Origin: Eledone cirrhosa
Taxonomy: Eukaryota
Direction: 5' to 3'
Assembly (NCBI GenBank): GCA_964016885.1
Contig: OZ024742.1
Location: 128,836,001 to 128,900,000, forward strand
DNA: 64,000 nucleotides
The notes below the pieces were generated by a model, which worked only from the letters and a program-made list of their open reading frames with translations, was not told where the DNA came from and did not search any database. The stretch's first letter is position 1. Each line of letters starts with the position of its first letter. Below, piece by piece: positions 60,960 to 64,000 of the stretch. The position numbers and the translations under genes are program-made.

Positions 60960-61790
60960 TTGATATCTGTTTTCCCTGTTAGCATGGTTTGGACTGGTTT
61001 TCACTGACCAAGTCAATACTGAAGCAGGGCTACTGACCTCCCAGATAGGCCAGGGATCTGCATCTTTCTTACGTATGATCTCATGTTCTACTGAGTACAC
61101 AGGAGAGGTTGTCATGTCCTTGACAGAACTGAAGGGTCCTCTCAACCCTTTGTTTGGCAAGCTTTCTAAGGTTGGGCGCTCTTCCTATCATTAACCACTT
61201 TACAGTATGTACTGGATGCATTAATTGTGTAGACCACCAACACTAGGAAGGCTGACATGTCCTTGACGACTCAACTGAAGGGTCTTCCCAAACCCTTTGT
61301 TTCACAAGATTTCTACAGCTGGATGCTCTTCCTATTAATATATTGAAATAATTTTAATATACCTGACTAGTTATACATAAAAGCACAACAGTAATAAATG
61401 TAACTAGTCTGGTGAGTTCAATGTCCACCTATAATTATATCTGGATAAAAAGAGGTGCTAGACCATCAGTTGATGAAAACTCAATGTTACACCTCCTCCT
61501 CACCATCACCATTTAATGTCCAGTTTTCACACTGGCATGGGTTGGACAGATTGGCACAGGCCAAGAGCAGACACATTGGAGTGACCTCATCTTGCTCATA
61601 CATTCTATATTCAGCATGGCTCCTATAGCTGGATACCTTACAGAATGTACTAGGTATGTTTATTGTGGCACCAGTAAGCACTATCACTTTAAAGGATGCA
61701 TTTTAATTATGGCACCAACACTATAACACTTTATAAGATGTACTGGATGCATTTTATTGTGGTAGCGGTACTTGAGAGGTTGTCAAATGC
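60925..61790 (-). mobile_element. Two decayed RTE-tail-related elements
   Basis: (ATC)n at 60925 and CACCATCACCATTTAATGTCC at about 61500, each followed by TTTCC...GCATGG and TACAGCTGGAT blocks of the RTE 3'UTR. Confidence 0.55.
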
Positions 61791-61944
61791 TGAAACCCAA
61801 AGCTATATGAAATTTGAGGTCCTTCTCTAAAATATTTGGGTAAAAAATGTTAAATAATTACGCATTTTTTATATTAATGTTAACGATAAAGAATAAATAA
61901 TATATATAATACAGAAGATCTGCAATGTAGGTACCTATTAATCC

Positions 61945-62323
61945 AATATACACCCCCACACACCCTACACCTCCCTCCCACTTCCGCCCACACAACCCTT
62001 ACTCTCTAAAGTTATATTGGTACCACAAAACATCCAGCCCACACTGTAAAGTGGTTGTGTTGGTGTCATGATAAAAAGCACCCAGCCCACACTGTAAAAT
62101 GGTTGTGTAGGTGTCACGACAAAAAGCACCAACCAACACTATAAAGTGGTTGTGTTGGTGTCATGACAAAAAGCACCCAGCCCACACTGTATATGTGGTT
62201 GGTGTTAGGAAGGGTATACAGCCACAAACAGTCCTATACAAGCGAGACATGGTCACCTGACCAAACTTGCCTCAAATGGGACAAACCCGTGTAACCCATG
62301 CTAGTGTGGAAGATAGACATTAA

Positions 62324-62388
<65 letters not shown>
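61945..62388 (+). mobile_element. RTE 3'UTR with long (GAT)n tail
   Basis: Four CCCAGCCCACACTGTAAAGTGG-type repeats, AACCCATGCTAGTGTGGAAG, about 21 GAT units. Confidence 0.85.
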
Positions 62389-62662
62389 ACTATATCATTT
62401 TTGATGATTTAGTGTTAAAGAATAAAAACTAATGATAGAATAAATATATATTTTTAAAAACGAGATCCCTAGGGTGTGGATGTAAGCTATAGCTTATTTA
62501 GGTTATAGGTAAATCCAGCACAATACATGCCAGGCTGAAGAGTCCTCTCAAACCCTACATTGTTTACATTTGATTGTCAAACCCCATGAAAAATTAAAAT
62601 TCTTTATTTCTAAAAAAAGTGTCCAAATTTCTTTTGCAGGCATTACCAGTAAAAAAATCAAA

Positions 62663-62780
62663 ATGACATTGACATTGTCAGATATAGAGAGACTTATAAA
62701 AAAAATGTGTGAAACTAAACGAATAAGAATTCATCAGTTTTTTCAGGACTACGATCCCTTGAGGACAGGATATATAACAG
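62663..62780 (+). CDS. First coding exon of a probable EF-hand protein (MTLTLSDIERLIKKMCETKRIRIHQFFQDYDPLRTGYIT)
   Basis: Acceptor TTTCTTTTGCAG|62640, AAAATG start at 62663, donor CAG|GTAATA after 62780; F..YD...TG.I pattern of an EF-hand entering helix and loop; not TE-like. Confidence 0.72.
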
Positions 62781-62783
62781 GTA

Positions 62784-63580
62784 ATAATGATTTCTATTTT
62801 AGGTACAAGGCCAGCAATTTGAAGGGAAAGGAAAAAGTTAATTAAATGGACCCCAGTGATTTACTGGTATTTTATTCTATCGACTTCATAAGGATGAAAG
62901 GCAAAGCTAACTTCAGCAGGATTTGAACTCAGAACATAAAGGGCTGTAACAATATGCCACAAAGCATGTTGTCCAACGCGCTACTGATTCTGTCAATCTA
63001 CTACCGTTTGTGATAGGTAATACTGATTTTTATTTTAGGCACACGGCCAGCAATTTTAGGGGTAAAGGAATGATGGTTAAATTGACTCTAGTACTTAGCT
63101 GGTCCCACATTTTGTTGATCTTGGTCTTGGCAGGATTTGAACACAGAATATAAAAAATCATAACTAAATGTTGCAAAGCATATTGTCCAATGTGCTTTTG
63201 ATTTTTCCTATCTACTGCATATCTTGCAACATGCAGGTATATAGCAGTGTACCTGTTCTAAACCCAATATACAGAGCCTACTTAATGCTAAGTTAATCCT
63301 TTCAAAATTACAAAGACAATGTGCTGGAAATATATGTGGTTTTCTACAGTAATAATTGTTTGTACTTTAGGCACAAGGCCAGCAGTTTGAAGGAAAGGGG
63401 AAAGTTGATTAAATCAACTGGTACTTTATTGGTACTTTATTTTATTGACCCTGGTACTTTATTTTATTGACCCTGTAAGGATAAAAAGTTAAGCTAAACT
63501 TTGTGGGATTTGAACTCAAAATGTAAAGGGATATTATTCTATGCTGCAAAGCATGTTGTTTGATGCCCCACCAATACTGC
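62784..63580 (-). mobile_element. Three SINE family A copies (about 62784-63005, 63023-63218, 63352-63580)
   Basis: Each has TTAGG.AC..GGCCAGCA...GGATTTGAAC...GCAAAGCAT.TTGT. Confidence 0.8.
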
Positions 63581-63768
63581 AGTAATAAAGGTCACTAAAA
63601 ATGCTATTTCAATTACATTGTTAAACAATCACCACCACCACCAACACAGTTTTAAGTCAATTCTCCATGCTGGTATGGCTTGTACAGGTTGTCACATTCT
63701 TAGATACGACAGATCAGCTGATCATATCTTGCTCATTTTTCATTTTGGCATGATTTCTATAGCTGGAT

Positions 63769-64000
63769 CACTTTACAGCCTCTACTGGGTGACACCAGCA
63801 CTACCACTTTACAGCCTCTACTGGGTGACACCAGCACTACCACTTTACAGCCTCTACTGGGTGACACCAGTACTACCACTTTACAGCCTCTACTGGGTGA
63901 CACCAGCACTACCACTTTACAGCCTCTACTGGGTGACACCAGCACTACCACTTTACAGCCTCAACTGGGTGACACCAGCACTTCCACTTTACAGCCTCTA
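63769..64000. repeat. 36-bp minisatellite, at least 6.4 copies, inside an RTE-tail-like element (from about 63630, - strand)
   Basis: Unit CACTTTACAGCCTCTACTGGGTGACACCAGCACTAC, near-perfect, continues past the window end. Confidence 0.95.

Noticed and set aside
63769-64000. CRISPR-like 36-bp repeats
   Set aside because: Contiguous tandem units without spacers, eukaryotic context, no cas genes.

Overview
AT-rich, repeat-saturated animal genomic DNA with one 200-N assembly gap (6214-6413). The repeat content looks cephalopod/octopus-like, which is my inference and not verified. Most of the window is microsatellite or transposable element. Non-LTR retrotransposons include RTE LINEs with (GAT)n tails (one with an uninterrupted 932-aa ORF carrying a PHD finger after the RT core), CR1-, CRE- and R4/Dong-type fragments, and many tRNA-derived SINEs. 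There are also Penelope-like (GIY-YIG) elements, a TIR-bounded Chapaev3-like transposon, a head-to-tail Helitron dimer and a U6 pseudogene. Host-gene signal is sparse: a probable ciliary EF-hand gene on + (X-box promoter near 53.0 kb, first coding exon 62663-62780) and a weaker candidate first coding exon on - near 25.6 kb. The most interesting signal is a group of small non-coding fold-back or partial-tandem elements carrying hammerhead ribozyme motifs (32.2-51.1 kb). The best is a 316-bp retrozyme-like unit with a fully paired type I hammerhead that has the variant U3-A8 core. There is also evidence of microsatellite-directed insertion: RTE into (TA)n-rich arrays and R4/Dong into (TATG)n. 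All alignments, identities and folds were done by eye, and boundaries of decayed elements are approximate.
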